Positions 59,978 through 64,000 of a DNA stretch of 64,000 nucleotides are shown in pieces (the first letter of the stretch is position 1; every line of letters starts with the position of its first letter). The stretch spans positions 49,517,847 through 49,581,846 of the forward strand of contig CP154954.1 of assembly GCA_039621445.1 (NCBI GenBank), read 5' to 3'. The notes under the pieces are model-generated. The model was not told the origin of the DNA, ran no database searches, and was given only the letters and a program-made list of their open reading frames with translations. Both the position numbers and the translations under genes were made by a program. This stretch comes from Euglena gracilis (taxonomy: Eukaryota).

Positions 59978-60885
59978 TACCCTTGGAGGTACCCGTGAAC
60001 GCCCAAAAGTGCACCCATGAACGCTAAAAACACCAAAAATAGCCCGATCAATCGAAAGCTCTTCTCAAGGGCTTTTGACAGGATGCAACAGGATTCAGCA
60101 ATAATAATGCACACAGCGCTTGTTTTCAGCGATTGTGTGTTTCAAAATTTGACATTCTAATTTGTGAAATCCCACACCTCAGGTGCCATACAGCATATCA
60201 ATCGAGAGCTCTCCCCATGAGCTTTCATTTGGTACCCTCAGAACTCAGCCACAGTGCACAGCGCCCTGAAAATCGCCGATCGCATGTTCCAGCCCTTTTC
60301 GCAAATTCCAAAATCCACTGTTCACCTGCCATGTTGCCCCTTGTTTGAAACCTCTTCTCAAGGGCTTTCAGCAGATGGCCTTAGATTTCAGCCGTACTGC
60401 ATGGTCCTCTATTTCACAAAATCGCCAAATTGGGCCAAATGGAAATTGTTGCACAAAATACCCCAATTTCTGGCCAAATACCCCCCCAAAAACTGGTTAG
60501 ATATGATTGCCACATGTCTAAAAACCATTTTGGACACTTTTTGGCACTTTTTATTTTGGGTCCCCTGGACGCCGTCTTCCCACCCGAACCGGCATTCTGG
60601 ACACCGGTTCGGCGCAGAAAATTCTGCGCCGAACCGGCGTCCTGAACGCCGGTTCGGGCGTGAAGCCAGAGCCCCAATACACGGTTTCAAACAAGGGGGG
60701 GGTGGACGCCGGTTCTGTCCTGAACCCGGCGTTCCCGGACGCCAGTTCCGTCCTTCGGATGGAACCGGCGTCCGCCCCCCCTTTTTTGTAGGAAACCCTA
60801 AAAGCATTTTTGAGAGTGATCACGTTTTATTGACTGTGCAAATGTGGAATGAACACGTTTATCTGCCAAAAACTGTTTTTTGTTA

Positions 60886-61261
60886 CCCTCACCCCCCCCC
60901 CCTAATTGCCCCCCCCCCTAATTGGCTAATTGGGGGGTCCTTAAGTGAGGTCCATTAGCCAATTAGGGGGGGGGTTAGCCCAATTGGCCAATGGACGTTC
61001 CCTTGGCCAACTTTGGCCAATTTCGGCAAGGGCTCAGAAAACCTCCAAAAACGTCCGTTTTGAAAATGTTAAAAATTGCCGGATAAGAAAAAGTCATGAC
61101 CAATCCAAAAAATGCACAAAAAATTGACCAATTTTGCCCATGTCAAAAATTATGGGGTCGGGGTCCTCGAGCCCCCCCCTAATTGTCCCCCCCCCCCCTA
61201 ATTGGCTAATGGGGGGTCTGAAGGAGCCCGGCCATTAGCCAAATAGGGGGGGGGGTGAGGG
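60886..61261. mobile_element. TA-flanked MITE (ccctca-C-run-ta TIR)
   Basis: Inverted ends with TA on both sides. Confidence 0.7.
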
Positions 61262-63879
61262 TAGCTCTGGTTCTGGGCCACTTGCCGGGCCGGGCTGGCA
61301 CCATCAGACAGGCAATCAGGGTTGACGTTTTTTTTGTTTTTTTTAAAAAAAAACACAAAAAAACATGTTTTTTTTGAAAAGCAAAAATTGACCTTTTTCC
61401 TTGCGAAATCGCCATTTTTTGAGGAAAATTTTTCCGGGGTGGTTCGGGTCACGGGGGGGGGGGGGGTTCACGGGGGAACACCACATTTTCGGTGGTTAAA
61501 TTAGGAATCATTGAAAACGAATTTTTTGGGGAAAATCCCTTGTGGCGCCAAATTAGGAATCCCCAACTTAAAATTAGTATTTTGACACCAAATTAGGCAT
61601 CACCAGTCCAAATTTTGCAAAATTTATGCCTCAAAATTATGAATCTACCTGAATATTTTGTCAGATTAGGCATCACCGGCCAAGTTATTTTTCAGAAAAA
61701 AATTGGCCGAAAAGGGTCTTAGGTCGGGTCGGGGGGGGGGGTCACGGGGGGAATACAACCTCTAAAGTATTTTTTTGTGTGAAAGTATTCCTAAATCTGT
61801 GTTTTCGGGGTGCTCTGCTTTCCTTGCTCGTTCTTTTTTTTTTGTTTCCCCCCCCTTGTTGCTTTTTTTTTGGTTTTTTTTGGTTTGTTTTTCCTTTTTT
61901 TTCCTTCCTTTTTTTTTTTTTCGGGGGTTGGCGGGGGGGTTTTTTCGGTTTTTCTGGGGGGGGGGGTTTTTCTGGGGGGGCCCCCCCTGGCTTTTTGTTT
62001 TTCTGGTGGTTTTTTTTTTCCTTTTTGTTTTTCCTTTCCTTTTTCGCCCTCCCCTTTTCCCCCTTTCCTTCCCCCTTTGTCCCCTTTCTTCTTTTTCCCT
62101 CAGTTTCCTTCGTTCATTTTCTTCTGTTCCTTTCCCCTTTCCCTCGGTGCCATTTTCTGTTTTTTTTTTTCATTTTCTGCTGACGGCGTCCGGGTTTCTA
62201 CCGGCCTTTCCTGGGTCCACGGTTCAACCTTTTGGTTTTCGGTTTTTTCTCTGGTTCTTTTCGGGTCGGTGGGCTCGGGCGGGGGTTCTGGGGGTGTTCT
62301 TTTCTTTTCCGGGGCAATTTCTTTTCTGTCTTGATTTCTGGGGTTTGGTGGTTCTGGGGTTTCATTCTGGCTGGTTCCTGTCTTCTTGTTGTCTTTCTGG
62401 GTGTTTTTATGTGTCGGAATCCTTTCTGTCCGCTGTGTGGGGTTTTGGCCCCTTCCGTCGGGTTATTCAGGGGGGGGTCGGGTCGGGGGGGGTCTCCCTC
62501 TCGTTTTTTTTTGTGTGGGGTTTCCAAATCTGTGTTTTCTGGTGCAAAAAATCATGCTTTCAACCCAAAAAAAAAGAAAAAAATGAATGCCGCAGAGATA
62601 AAAAATGAACTTTTTTCCAAAAAAAATTGCAAAAAATTTTTCCCCCAAACCCTCCATGACGTTTTTTTAAAAAAAACATATTTTTTTTAAAGAAAAAACA
62701 TGTTTTTTTTGTTTCAAAAAAAACAAGCCGTCAACCTTGCAGGCAATTGCACAAAATCTGGCCCCCCAAAACCCCAACTGGATTGCCAAGCAGAGGGGGG
62801 AGGGGAGCCTTGTCTAACCGGGGTGGTGCATGCGGCACTTCAGTCGTTGCATGGGCCAATTTTTTGGCAATTTTTTCGGAGAAATGTTAAAAATGTCACC
62901 TTGTTTGGACATTTTTCGGGTCCGGAAGGCAAATTTTCTGATACGAAAACTGTGTCCAGAACGCCGGTTCGGGCGTGAAGCCGTGTTCCAGAACGCCGGT
63001 TCGGGCCCCTGGGCTTTTCAGAATTATGGTTAGGAAATTTTAGCTGGACCCCTTGGGTTTTTTCAGAATTACGATTTTGGACCCTTTTCGCAAATTCCAA
63101 AATCCACTGTTCACCTGCCATGTTGCCCCTTGATCGATAACCCTTCTCAAGGGGTTTAGATGGCCTTAGATTTCAGCCCTGCTGCATGGTATTCTATTTC
63201 AGAAAATCCCCAGATTTGGCCAAATGGAAATTGTTGCACAAAATACCCCAATTTCTGGCCAAATACCCCCCAAAAAGTGCCCAGATATGATTGCCTCGTG
63301 TCTACAAACCATTTTGGACATTTTTTGGCACTTTTCATTTTCGGTCCCCAGGACGCCGTTTTCCCGCCCGAACCGGCGTTCTGGACACCGGTTCGGCGCA
63401 GAAATTTCTGCGCCGAACCGGCGTCCAGAACGCCGGTTCGGGCGTGAAGCCAGAGCCCCAATACACGGTTTCAAGGAAATACATGTTTCTAACAATTCAA
63501 TCTTGTTTTCGGGTCATTTTTGGTGGGTTCAAAAAATTTTGTGATCTCTTTGGCACCCGAAGGGGTCGAAGGGGGGGGGGGTAAGGGCCTTCGGCAAACG
63601 TGGTCTCCAACCCAAGTCAACCATGGGCGCCCCCCCCCCGGTTTTATGATCTGAAATGGGAAAATAAATACAAAAGATGCTCTTGCCCTCAAGTGCCATC
63701 GCGCATCAATCTTTGCAATTTCTCTTGATTGTCCTTCCGGGGACAAATTCTACAGTGGGTTGTTAAATGTTTTCTTTCTGGGGTTGTGCAATTCTGCCCA
63801 CCGGATGATTTTTCGCAGCAGAGGTTGGCAAATTTGCCACCGGTTCTTCTAAAAAAAATGCTTTTGCCGATTTGCCGAT

Positions 63880-63893
63880 TGTCTTTCCTTCAG
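63880..63893 (+). promoter_or_regulatory. Polypyrimidine-AG acceptor 25 nt upstream of the ATG; candidate spliced-leader trans-splice site
   Basis: tgtctttccttcag ends at 63893. Confidence 0.45.
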
Positions 63894-63918
63894 TCTTGGA
63901 CTTGTCGATCCTTTTTGT

Positions 63919-64000
63919 ATGGGCTGCGTCTATTGTGTGGAGCAGTCAGAGGTTGCTATTGTTGAATCATGGGGAAAGTACGAAGCCACACATCTCCCTG
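63919..64000 (+). CDS. First exon of an SPFH/band-7 protein, HIR (hypersensitive-induced response)-like; runs off the window
   Basis: MGCVYCVEQSEVAIVESWGKYEATHLP matches the HIR N-terminal pattern (MG, Cys residues, V.Q..VAI.E..GK[FY]....PG). Confidence 0.85.
   Translation, partial: MGCVYCVEQSEVAIVESWGKYEATHLP

Noticed and set aside
61775-62690. Long Phe-rich ORFs suggesting membrane proteins
   Set aside because: They come from a T/C homopolymer-rich tract, probably low-quality or degenerate sequence.

Overview
Eukaryotic, intron-rich and transposon-saturated DNA. It is most likely from a euglenid (inference from GC-rich micro-exons, GTGYS/GC-type donors, CCCTAA-type repeats and an LDAADG-type motif). 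Most ORF-track entries are spurious; I rebuilt the genes by hand from splice sites and phase continuity. (1) A ~30 kb, ~19-exon + strand gene (1712-32325) encodes a divergent mitochondrial-carrier (SLC25) protein with a long N-terminal extension, several GC-AG introns and three junctions that do not close canonically. (2) A convergent - strand gene (50109 to 36013) encodes a Ser/Thr-rich protein that begins and ends with the same ~40-aa module (TSFxNEFLRPTVA...LDxADGxVDxxFYGA) and has an 11 kb intron of nested transposons. (3) The first exon of an SPFH/band-7 (HIR-like) gene lies at the right edge. The rest is non-autonomous DNA transposons, many with readable TIRs and TSDs (8-bp CA..TG, 8-bp GGTAC, 9-bp Mutator-like, TA pogo/Tc-like), plus interstitial telomere-like arrays, a pogo-type HTH remnant and satellites. 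No rRNA, intact tRNA or CRISPR array was seen.
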